Of a DNA stretch of 64,000 nt, positions 37,287-49,200 are shown in pieces. The notes beneath the pieces were generated by a model. The model was not told the origin of the DNA and did not search any database. It saw only the letters and a program-made list of their open reading frames with translations. How positions within the stretch are numbered: position 1 is the first letter of the stretch; each line of letters starts with the position of its first letter. The position numbers and the translations under genes were made by a program. Source of the DNA: Tubiluchus corallicola. Its lineage: Eukaryota > Animalia > Priapulida. The stretch is taken from assembly GCA_030141605.1 (NCBI GenBank), contig JAQGDQ010000157.1, positions 385,266-449,265 on the forward strand, read 5' to 3'.

Positions 37287-37675
37287 CTAGAGACAATAAT
37301 GCAAACTACTGACGATATTTCATAGCGAAAGCAATCTTCCTGTGCTAACTACTTCTGCATCTGTAGCTGATATATAAGAGAAGGTAATTTGATTTATACA
37401 AATAGTAGAAAGCCATATAGTAAGTATTTATGATATAATTGCGACAAATGTTTCACATATTATTAATATTTTCTTCTGGCACTTATTATTATAATTTTGT
37501 TCAATTAAACATTCATTTATCCATCTAACTTTAGTACAATACTACAACTACGAATATGCTACGTACCTCAGTTACAGAGAAATTACTAATTCAGCAGTTT
37601 AAACTGAAGTTAAAATTAATTTTCTTTGCATATTTTTGAATTTCACTAGAGCTGTTTGTGATTATTTACTTTATA

Positions 37676-38536
37676 CAGTCAACCTCGGGTATAAGGTACT
37701 TGCTCATAAGGGACCATCAACACTGGTGCCGATGTTGCATATCGATTTTCCTATGTAAAAATCTTCGTATACAAGGTCTCAGATATAAAGGACTTTTGGT
37801 TATAAGGGACAATATCTTCAGGTCCTGCCTAATAGAAACCCAGGTAAATTACCTCGTATTTAAGGGACCCATTGATCAAATATTTTTTTACATCCTAAAA
37901 AGCTTATGCCAAGGCCCCGCGCGGGCCCAACTGTATTCCCCTGGACCTGGTAGTTCCAGGAACTTTCTGGAATCATGCACTGCGCACGCGTGATGCACCG
38001 CTGCCAATCATAATGTCCTGCTTTTTCCATTCGATGCACCTCAGCCAATCATAATGTCCAGTATAAATTATGCGGCAAGTGGTGATAAGCTAGATGCTTT
38101 TCCCATTCGACAGCGGGCGTCTAGGTTAACCCAGAAAAAGATGTTGGACTTTTTTGGAAACAAATGAATAGCAAGCAAACTCGGAGTAAAATTGCTGATT
38201 ACATCGGAGTAAAAATGTCCTAAAGACTCTGCTTAAGCATTTGCAAAAACGTTATTAGCATAACTATCAGTAGTAAAATGGCTTGTAAGTGGGATGAGTT
38301 TGAATAAACATCGATTTTTGTGTTCAGTTAAAAACGATTGGATGTGTTTGCATTAAATTGGTATATTACATACATTGCGACAAACAGTTCATTAGGCATT
38401 AGGCTACCAGATGAGGTATATAGAGCTCGCAGGTCTAGATACACTTTTGGTCTGACACAACTTCGGTTATAAGGGACAACGGATATATGGAACGTTTTTC
38501 CAGTCTCGAGGTGTCCCTTACATCTGAGGTTGACTG
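37676..38536. mobile_element. Tigger/pogo-like MITE
   Basis: TIR CAGTCAACCTC / GAGGTTGACTG; internal tataaggga repeats; TA on both flanks. Confidence 0.88.
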
Positions 38537-39712
38537 TATTTACTTTATACTTTATCCAATTTATACTAAAGAGATAGCTGACTAGATGACCTCATGGTTA
38601 GCTCGTTATCCTCTAACAGTGCATTAAATTAGACTATATTTATCTTTATATATCTTTGTACTCTTGTTTTTAGACTGGATGCGATTACTGTATATTTTGT
38701 AGTATGATGGAGAAAAATAAATTATAATTCAATTCAATTTGCATAGAACATATTTCTTGCACACTAAGAACTCCTACCAACACTATAGATAACTGCTCAT
38801 TGCACTTTCGCAGTAAATGTGAACAAATTTGTTACATTTCACAAATTCAAAATAGTGAGTCGGACTTAGAACTTTACTTTAAAGTACTGGTCTGGCTTCA
38901 CAAGAGTCCACAAACTGCATATGTGCATTTTCAAAGCACTGCCAAAATCGCAACCTGGATAATGAAGTGTTTCCATAGGTACTCTTATTGACTGTTTCTC
39001 TTAAAGGAAGACAGGTTGATTTTTCATATACTACCCAATTTTCAAGTCTGATAAAAAGTATACATTTTAAAACAATTAATACTGCAAAATAGTTTCTGAT
39101 AATTAAATAATAGATTAAAAATTTAATTAATGGTGGATGAACCCAACTATTGATGACATCACAAACGAACATAATTTTCAACAGCAAAAATATTCCACGA
39201 GCGTGTTGCACGTGTTTACGAAAGCAAAAATTGAAGTAGAGTGTAACTGTGAGATATTCAGTGTGTTGTACTAAAACTCGGCAAGTTTTAAGATAAAAAT
39301 TCAAATTTCAAATTTACTGCTGTGCTCACGCATGAGCTGTCGAACATGTGTAGTTCGTCATAAACTAACAGATCTGAACTGAGAGATACAGCAACTGTTT
39401 TCTGTGCAACACGTTTTCGAAATGCAGGTGCTAGTGCCCGTCTAACTAGCGAAGGGTGAAATGCATGTAACAGCGAAGAATCAATGGTGCGAATGCGAAG
39501 TGACACTTGTCTGATAATAATTCTTTCAAGTCATTTTTGACAAAATAGTATGTTTCTTTCAATATTTTAAAGAGTAGATTGTTTTGACCTACAGTTTGAC
39601 TGGTTTTGCTTTAATGTGCGACAAAATCTCAAACTTTTTTGTTTTTATTCGCTATATTACTAGTAAGTGTTTTTAAATATTTTTTTGCAAAGTGATAAAA
39701 ATCCTATTGTAC

Positions 39713-39892
39713 CAGTTGGTTAATAAAAGAGTCAACAGCGGAGCCGGCTTTAACCATAAGCATGACTTTTCTGGGTTTCTTTAGTTTGGACACCAGTTCT
39801 TGTAGTGACCTCGCACCAACAACCTTCGTTCCCTTTGCTTCATTGTTTAGGAAACGATCGACTTTTTCCACGGTACGGTTATAAGCACACAC
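39713..39892 (-). CDS. PGD: PGD exon
   Basis: VCAYNRTVEKVDRFL...MVKAGSAVDSFINQL. Confidence 0.95.
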
Positions 39893-40066
39893 CTACATAG
39901 AACATCAAACGAGATCAAATTAAAGAGTTCGATAGGCAAGATAATGTTTGATGACCAAGGCAAACGGGTACGTTTGGGGTGTCATTAATCAGTAAAAATT
40001 TCAAAGAATTAAGTTGCGAATGGAAAACTACAAATTGAAGACAGGATTGTAATACAGTAGCCTTAC

Positions 40067-40145
40067 CACGAATCCATGGTCATTCATGTTCAAAATCAAA
40101 TTTTGGCCCATGACTGCCAAACCTATCAGCCCAATATCTGCAACC
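40067..40145 (-). CDS. PGD: PGD exon (Rossmann GxAxxG)
   Basis: [26 protein letters not shown]; canonical ag/gt boundaries. Confidence 0.95.
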
Positions 40146-40231
40146 CTAGAAAAGATGTGAAATCCTACAATCACAAAAGTCATACAGTTGATATATTAAC
40201 ATAAAAGTTTAGCAAGAGAAAAAGTGAGAAA

Positions 40232-40465
<234 letters not shown>

Positions 40466-40584
40466 TATGAGGAAACTGTAAACAAAAAAAGACATAAAAA
40501 TGGCTGTCAAATATTGGCTAGTTCACAAACTTGCTGTGCTGGAACGGTTGAGAATATCAACAGATCGTCATGTCATCATTGCTG

Positions 40585-41020
40585 ACTCATTAATAGAAAG
40601 AGTTTGAATACTAGTTGCAACAGATTAAAACACCAGTGATCACCCCATCCCTAACCATTCACTCATTAATACGAGATTGAATACATGTTGTGACAGATTA
40701 AAACATCAGTGATCACCCTATCACTACCCATTCACTCATTAATACGAGATTGAATACATGTTGTGACAGATTAAAACATCAGTGATCACCCTATCACTAC
40801 CCATTCACTCATTAATATGAGTTTGAATACATGTTGTGACAGATTAAAACATCAGTGATCACCCCGTCACTACCCATTCACTCATTAATAAGAATTTGAA
40901 CGCTTGTTGTGACAGATTAAAGCAGTGATCACCATGTCACTGCTTATTCATGCACTAACAGAAAGTTCGAATACTAGTTGCGCCAGATTAAAACATCAGC
41001 TGTTTTGATCACCTCATCAT
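40585..41020. repeat. Minisatellite, 73-bp unit x~6
   Basis: cagattaaa at 40621, 40694, 40767, 40840, 40913 and 40984. Confidence 0.95.
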
Positions 41021-41069
41021 GACTGACATTATCACTAATAGTGATTACAAATGTAATAATGACTCACTA

Positions 41070-41470
41070 ATTAATATTATTATTACTATCATTTTATTCG
41101 TATAATATCACCTTACAGTAATACATACATAATTTACATAGTAGTTAACAAATAACAAGAATGGTTAATTGATTAGTGATAACAATATTTACACGTGCAT
41201 ACATGATTTACAATTTCTGTTAGTTCATAATGAGATAGTGGAAATAGCATAATTTGTCTAAACAATCCAAAATTTCTAAAATCATATGCGCATTTGCCAT
41301 GTCTTGTTCACTTAATCGATTTCCATTAAGCTTATTATAAACTATTGATTTAGCCTCCACACAGTTATTAATTAAGTCATCTTCCTTAATATTATATTCA
41401 TAATTTAGAAAATGCAAGCACATACAATACATGATACCAAATGGTTGTTAATACTATGAAGTTTAACATA
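41070..41470 (-). mobile_element. Possible LINE 3' remnant
   Basis: ORF end AHMILEILDCLD resembles LINE ORF2 C-termini; AATAAA plus (TAA)n-like tail. Confidence 0.35.
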
Positions 41471-41938
41471 AAGTTTCATAAACCTGCTAATGATCTGCAT
41501 TTTTGGTCTGGTTAAGGTACTAATTGCTAAAGATTTTGAATGAATAGATGGATAATGAGTAGAAAGATTTTGAATGCTAGTTGTGATGGTAAGAATAGCT
41601 TATGAAGTCCATTTCCCAAGAGAGTGATATTCTAGCTTTGAACAACTGCTACATAATGGAAGATTTAGAAAACATACAACATGCTGAATTTGGTTCCAAT
41701 ACATGTGATAATGAGAATGTTTATGTTTAATTACCGATAACATGCATGTGTTTTCATATTAAAAATTAAAAAATATGCATGTTTCCATTAAAATAAAAAA
41801 ATAGCAGCATATTGTCAATTTATTGCCATAATTATCTGTTAAATAGAAATAACTATAATAAATAAAAAATAAGTCAGCCTTAGAATTACTAAACATATTA
41901 ATACAAGTCAAAACACTATATACATATACAGTACTCAC

Positions 41939-41943
41939 GCCAT
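41939..41943 (-). CDS. PGD: 6-phosphogluconate dehydrogenase, first coding segment (ATG GC); model complement(join(41939..41943,40067..40145,39713..39892,37102..37286,35800..35866,35136..35270,33588..33777,31750..31880,30723..30856,28888..29110,28187..28306)) = 1449 nt, 482 aa
   Basis: aaacaATGGC|GTGAGT is a perfect phase-2 donor giving [11 protein letters not shown] strong acceptor at 42058-42075 suggests a further non-coding upstream exon. Confidence 0.7.
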
Positions 41944-42409
41944 TGTTTATGCAAGAATATTCCTCCAAGAAATTTTCTAAATCATACAGTCAACACACCG
42001 CTGCAGCTACAAGTATGTTTACCCTGGACAACGGGCAGTAGGCAGCAGCAGTACTGGCTGAAAAGAACAGAAAAATGCTGAGTCATCAGAGCCTTTCACA
42101 GCCCCGTGGTGGTTTACACCTACAGTTGCTGTCAGTGAAAACTGGGCCACGCAGGAGATTATCAATGTCCAGTGCTTGTATAGATAAGCTACTGAATAAC
42201 GAGTTTGCTAGCTGCAAACTATGTAGTATACTGACCATGTGTAAAAATTCACCATTTTTGAAAATGCTTAGGAGGAAAGCATGATAAAGTGCTATAAAAA
42301 AAATCATTGAAACTTAAAACAATTTTAGAACAATTTATACTAGTAAATGAAACAAACATGTAAAATTACTACTTATCATATAAATTTAGATACAAACGAA
42401 ATTGTAAAC

Positions 42410-42545
42410 GAGAAACTAAATCAGAAACATCTAAATCAAATTTTTAGGACGTAAAACTGATTGTTACAATTTGCAAAATGAGAAACTAAATCAGAAAAAT
42501 CAAAATCAAATTTTTAGGGCATAAAACTGATTGTTACAATTTGCA
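42410..42545. repeat. 70-bp tandem duplication
   Basis: gagaaactaaatcagaaa at 42410 and 42480. Confidence 0.9.
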
Positions 42546-43169
42546 CAAAATAATGTAGAAAAGGCACAAATTTAGAATGATCTAAATGTTACCGTGTGAT
42601 ACAGAGGTGAATAGCGTCACACTAGACTGTGTACGTGTGGCCAAGACATTCAGACTGAACTACATGTATTGCAAAACTGTCCAATAGCTCACCATATCGG
42701 AGACAGTTATACTTACATTAACTTTTATGATGTAAATTCATTTTTTAAAACTAACACTCGAATCTCTTAAAATTTGTGTCAGAATGCCAACTGAATATGA
42801 TTAAGATTAATGTTACAATCACTTTACCGTTTTAATTAAGGAGGTTGAATGATGTGTAGTACTGTGTAATGGACAAAAAGACAATTAAAGGATTTACCCT
42901 ATTTGGTGTAAATGAAAATAATTTTTATTAATAAACTACATACATGCATATATACAATTTTGTAGACCAACTGCAATACAAATTGAGTTCACTTTAATAC
43001 TTTAACATTGCTGGAAAGTATACAGCTTTATCAAATGAAGAAATTTTCAGCTATCCATCTTGAAGTACACAAAGCGCCAGATGGCTTGAGTAAAATAAAT
43101 ATTAGCAAAAGAAAAAATTAATATTCAACTGGACATAATTAACTGGCAAGTCGAAACTGTTACCAGTAA

Positions 43170-43670
43170 GGAAAATAAAATAGTGAACGGTGCAACACTC
43201 CTTCAATTATACAGATATAAAACATGTTTATGCCACTTAACACCTCGTTAGTTAGATATGTACTGGAGTATGGAAATGTAATATATATGACACCTTTTTA
43301 TAATAAAAATATCAACCAGCTGGAAAACGATTAACTTAGAGCAATTACAATACACCTGATGCAGATACACCTGTACAGTATAGCAAGCCTGGAACATAAA
43401 GACTGGTTGCTGGTATTAAAATTACCCAACCAACTCTGTGGAAGGTTCACGGGCGATATGACTGAAGACTATAATACGATGCATACAATACTCCAATAAG
43501 CCTAGAAAGAACTGAAGAAAACAGAACTAGAAGGAAATTGATACAAGTCAAAGTAAGAAGCATTTCTTCGATGTGACAGAACCACGGATATGTAATATGC
43601 TACCGGAACACGTGGTGGTGCACGCTTTATTAAATACCTTCAAGAGTAGCAGTAGTAGTAGTATGTATGT
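43170..43670 (+). mobile_element. CR1-clade LINE 3' remnant
   Basis: Decayed motifs in order: TSLVRYVLEYGNVI, INQLE, GDM, KHFF, NMLPEHVVV..LNTFK, then a simple-repeat tail. Confidence 0.75.
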
Positions 43671-44437
43671 ATGCATTATCGAAACTTTACAAAAAAAACG
43701 ACATTAGCCATTCGCTATTTTCGATAAGTCCTTTGGAAAAACACGTAGAGTCTATAATTACATTCACAGCACAACTCCAAAGACTACTTTAGTAGGCAGT
43801 TACAATGAAACAGACTTTAGTTTTTCAATAGAACCGAAAAATAGTGCACATTCAGAAAAACACAGTTTATATAAATGTTGAGCAATGACAAGAACGTCAA
43901 CAGTTATATTCATTTCCTGTGCTCCATTATGCCAATTGATAATGCCATGGCTATGGTATGGATGAGGACAAGCACTGGTAAATGGGAAAAGAAAATCAAT
44001 CTTTTCATTGGCAATAGTATAGAATATAATAATATTATGAAAATTTCTTCAATACGAAACTACCACTATACTAACCACCTGAGAAGCCTCACGCTTTACA
44101 GTTTATAGTAAACCCAAATATCCATGTCAATCATGTGGTATACCAGGCGTGACTAATGAACTCATCAAGCAGCAAACAGTTTCTTTAATTCTTCAATTCA
44201 CTGCGGTTTATAGGTGAGTTGACCATGTATTACGGAATGGACCAAACCGTTACATCAGGCACTCTTGAATTAGTACACAAAAAATGAACGGTTATGGGAT
44301 TCGAAATGATAAGCTAACTTTGCTTGGAAAACCTAGACAATTTAGCAGAAAACTTTTTTATTACTAATAATTATTATAAGAGAATCACTAAAAATCACTT
44401 TGTATGAGAAAACCTAAAAAAGTTTCCGCATCGTGGT

Positions 44438-44472
44438 TATTTCGCGCGAATGGCGAAAACTACATGGTAAGT
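44438..44472 (+). promoter_or_regulatory. Candidate ATM promoter/leader exon end: E2F-like TTTCGCGCGAAT plus donor TG|GTAAGT (44467), pairing with acceptor tttcag|T (46255)
   Basis: Local CpG cluster, canonical E2F core TTTCGCGC at 44440-44447 and a perfect donor. The acceptor lies 4 nt upstream of the ATM ATG. Confidence 0.5.
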
Positions 44473-44944
44473 TAGAGCAGAAAGTCTGAAAAGTGTGTCA
44501 AAGTTCGAGGAATTTTGAAAGTTCCCAAAAGGTTGAAAATAATGTTCATGCGGGTAGTAAACTACCCCTAGACTCGGATACCTTTTTTGTTATACCTGTC
44601 GGTGGCTAAGGTACAGCGGCAATGAAAACATTAATATAATCTTTATTCGCAGATATTACCGTAGAGCGACAGGTCGAAGCCTATAACTATAGCCGTTTTG
44701 CTCATAGTTATTTCTGTCGTTAAACCTCTGTTAATCATTTTATCTTACGTTTTCTCTCGCGTTTTATGTTTTCTTCAAGTGTCAAATAAAAACAACCACT
44801 TCAATTAACTGGCTGTAACTGCACTGTTACCTCGACAGTAAGCAGTCATTTATTAAATCCTGAGGACCTGAACACACGAGCTAAGAGTCACGAAAGTTAG
44901 TGTTTTGCAACGCACGGCAAAGGAGTTTTTACCTTCATCTGCCG

Positions 44945-45583
44945 GACTTAACGCACAAGAAAACCCTCAACTTACATAAGGCTTAAAAAATTTTTCTTGA
45001 AATTTGTCAGTTTATACCACTTATATACTGCCTTTTTGCATGTTAGACTTACATTGGCAGTAACGCTGTATAGAACCTGTAAATTTAAACTCCTGCGATG
45101 ACCGTTAGACTCGGCCATTTTGACGAAAAGTCGTATGAAACAGTTTAGATAATAAGTTTGAAAAAATAATCAGAGCATTCGTAGCGCACACGTCACTAAC
45201 TGAGTAAAATTTTAAATTACTGTATCTTGTCAATAAGATTAAAAATACGTGGTGAAAGCATTTTAAATAATTAATAATTTCCTTTTCTAGTTACATAACT
45301 CTTTCAAGCAGGTAAGCGACATGCTAAGTAATATAATTTTGCATGGAAAGTTTTTTTGGGACATAGTTTAACATTTACTTTTCTTCCCCTGACTTGCATT
45401 GTGCGTATATGACGACATGTAATGGCGCCGTCGGAACAGTTTTCCGGGAGATTTAAAAGGAAACAAACAAAAATTCCTTCTAAGATATGTACGATATACG
45501 CATAAAATTCCTATAAAGTAATATAATTTTTTAAGACGATTTTTCTGAAACCTACATCAGGTACCCATTTTCTTGTCTTTTAA
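44945..45583. mobile_element. Repeat family B, copy 5 (in the putative ATM leader intron)
   Basis: Homologous body; ends ttttcttgtcttTTAA. Confidence 0.85.
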
Positions 45584-46259
45584 TGCAACACTTCACTTGT
45601 CATTGTTATTCATGAGTATTCTCTTTGGAAAACATTTCTCACAAAAGTGAACAGTTGTTGCTTAGTGACAGCAGCTTTAAAACATTAATTTTGTAAAGCA
45701 AATAAGCATGTTTGAAGTTTGAACAGTAGTTTATCACATGGCATAAGATCGTGAAGTATCATATGAATCTGAATAATAAATTCTATTGCATAATTTACTA
45801 TTATGTTGAAAAGTGTCTTACTAAAAAACTAAATAAACTAGAACCTCGATACAATTTGGTGCAATTTGTGTTTGTACTTAGCTGTCTCTTAACAATTTTA
45901 TTATCACTATTAACAGGCTTTTTAACATGCCACCTACACATGCCGTGTACTGCATCACCAATGCTCAGAAGTCAGAAGTCCTAGCAAAACTAAAGTAGCA
46001 GCCTATTGCTATGCCAGTACTTTCCTATAGTAATTGTAATTGCCAAACTCAACTACTTTTTAAAAAAAGTAATTGCAGAGGCATCGGCACTACTTTTCAG
46101 TAGTGCTAAATTGCATTTGTAGTGGTACTATATTTTAAAAGTAATTTAGTCAACACTGAATATAATTATTTGTTTGATTTCACTAAGAATTTTCTGCAAA
46201 ATACTATTCTTTGCCATTAACATTAACCATTAACGAAGAATTTTGGCTGTTTCAGTATT

Positions 46260-49200
46260 ATGTCAAGTCTACAGGACCTGATTGTGTGCTGTCAACAGCT
46301 CAACGCAGACAAAGTGTCTGAAAGAAAGCGGCAGATGGAGAGACTACGACATCTGCTCTCGCATTTGCAACTTGTGAGAGTTCTTGACAAAAATTCAGAC
46401 TCGTCAAGCCATGCAAGCAAGAGCACCTGCACTTGGGATAACATTTTAACCAGCGTCCAAACAATGATTGAAAGGGAAGCTAATCTGATGGAAAATGCCA
46501 AACTGAGGGGTAGCAAAACAAATTCGGCTTCAGCTGCAGCAAAGAAAAGAAAGGAGTGCATGTCGTTGCTTAAATTTGTTATACTGACGGCTAACAAACG
46601 TGGGACTCGTCTTTCTTGTCCGGAGATCATGACTCATATAATGGCAGCGCTGACGAATGAGTACACAAATAAGATTTTTGGATCTGACTACAGCAAGATT
46701 TTGGCCAAAGAAGTGTTGCCAAATCGAAATTACATTACCGAAATAAGTGTAAAGACATGGGATAAGTTACTAGAAATATATATAGAGAAAATAGTGGATA
46801 CAGAAAATGATGCTCCCGTTGGCACAGACAGGGTTTTGTTTTCTTCCATTCTGTGTATGGTTGTTCAACGTGCGGTAGTGCAAATTTCCATTAAACCCAA
46901 AATGATCACTGGCATAACAGCTGCACTGAAAAATCTGAGACTCGAAAAAAATCATGTGGTGGTGGAAAATTTGCTGGCTGCTGTTAACTGCCTGTGCAAG
47001 GCATTAGCGTTTGAGTGTCGAAACATGATCTGTAAACTAGGTGAAACCGTCTTTACTTCAGTGTTGTACTTTTTCACCATTCAAGTTTCTGAGTCACTCC
47101 GGCATGAAGTTGTGGAGTTTATGCAACTACAGATGTCTGTGCATCACCCCTTAGGTGTTAAACAGGTTGACGATGGTGCATTAGCAATTGATATTGAAGT
47201 GTGGAATTGCCACTTGCGTCACTTGTATGAAGCTTTATATAACGAAATATTTACAAAGAGCTCTCGTGGCAGTGCAAGCGGCAGTCTATCACCAGGTGTT
47301 GTGGATCTGGCTTCTAGTGTTTTTCATCAAGTTTTGACGGAGACATGCTCAGCCATTGATGTAACACAGTTATCAGGATGTCAGACATCAATGTCTACTG
47401 GGAGCAGCAAAAAACGAAGGCGAATTGAAACAGGTTGGGACATGTTGCGTAACCAAATTAATTCTCTGAAAAAGTCTAAGCAGGTTATACCATGGTTACA
47501 ATTATTGCATGGGATATTAGTGACATACTCAAGTGATTTACCAAGTAGCGAGCTTTTACCATTTCTTACTACAGTACATGATACATTATCAGAAAACAAG
47601 ATACCTGAGTTATCTGACTGGCTGTTTCTATGTCTTTCAGCGCTAGGGAAATGCGAGGCACATTTTCCTGCTGGTATGTTGGATAAAGATGTGTGTAAAA
47701 GCCGCTGGGCAGCTATTTGGGCAACAACAGTTAGATATGTGGCTGCTTTCCATAATCGGGAAGGTATGAACCTTCTCTCAAGGATTATACAATTACAGCT
47801 ATTCCATCCTGACAAAAAATTGTTCCATATGTTTCTTTCTATGGTTTGCCCTGTGACTTGGGAGGCACTCAATGTTTTATCTGTATACTTAGATTGTTTT
47901 AGCTTACCTGAAAAGTTTGAACCAGACAGTTTGTCAGTTGGAGAAGGTCAGCCTTATGATGGCAGATACATTCTTCGTTTTAAGCTGTTAAAGTGGCTTT
48001 TGAGGTATGAAGTGATAACTTATTTGCATGACAGTGATACTAAGTCACTTTTGGCAAGTGTATTGTTTAGGTTATGTTTGAAGTATCCAAGTGAAAGTAT
48101 TACTACCATTGTTAAAAAAAATGGTAGAGGCAAGTGGTCAAAACAGGTTGAAGAAAACTACCTCAGAATTGCATTTCATAATAACAAAACTGTGATAAAC
48201 CAAACATTTTCAAATACTGGAGTGCCGAATAGCCTGCTATTAGATCTTCAGCGCGAGTTACATAGCACACTCGTTGAAAGTGGTAAAATCCTAATGCAGA
48301 AATGCCTGTATGATGATCCACTAAAGTCACTCTGTAAGTTAGTTTGTTTCTGTGGTCTGGTAACAAGAATTCTCCAGATGCAAGTTTGTCACGGTGTTTT
48401 TTGTGCAGACAATTTGCCAAATTTTGTTTTAGAGAAGTTAGTGTTGAAAATGCTGGAATCAATTGTACATTTTTTGAAAGTCTGTGAACCGCTAGAGACT
48501 GACAAAACTTTAGTTGCAGATGCAGTCAGTGTGATACCTGAATTTTGGTTTGATGTTCAAGAACAACGTATGAATGCTCAGCTTAGTCGATCATGTATGA
48601 GTGCTGACCTGCTGGAATGGTTATTGCAGCAGGCAACGCGATTTGTTGAGGAAACACAAAGATGTGACGTTTTAGAAGAAACAGAAATGGATGACTTTGA
48701 CAAAATACTTGACTTTCCAAGCAATATAACGAAAGTTCCTAATGATAGTCTTTTTGACATTAACCATGATGATAATGATACGCTTGCTTCCCAGTGTTCC
48801 GAAATGTCACTCAGTTCCCAACAGAGTGCATTTAACATGGATTGTGATCCATTATCTGATGAAACTGTGACAAAGATGCAGAAATTGCAGTTGGCATGCA
48901 TGAGCGTACTGTGCAAGTACTGCATAAATGAAGACAGTATTGATGTTGTTCAACTGAGTGGCTCTAGCTCTGGTGTCGTAAAGACAAAACTGCTAGCTAT
49001 GCTAGATAAATATGACAAAGGCAGGGCTGCTCATCTTCATATGCTGATAACTATAGTTTCAGGCTTAACAACTGAGAATCACAAATTAAATGATCGGGAG
49101 TTAGGAATACTCCTTGAAAAGCTGCAAACAGCACTGAAAGAATATTACCGTAATCAAACAGTTGTATCTCGTCTATTGGATATACTTAATGATTGCATAC

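Noticed and set aside
40585-41020. Regular repeats here and at 2863, 32103 and 60806 as CRISPR-like arrays
   Set aside because: Whole units repeat with no unique spacers; eukaryotic intronic context and no cas genes.
42023-42695. Alternative PGD start: ATG|GTGAG at 42693-42695 plus a 35-nt exon 42023..42057 (MPVLLLPTARCPG-VAD)
   Set aside because: Phase-compatible, but the start at 41943 has a better context and donor and gives the canonical length. It cannot be excluded as a minor isoform.
43608-43628. Paired E-box (CACGTG...CACGC) as a ChoRE-like element for PGD
   Set aside because: Spacing does not fit the 5-nt rule, and the sequence is the EHVVVH codons of a CR1 remnant.
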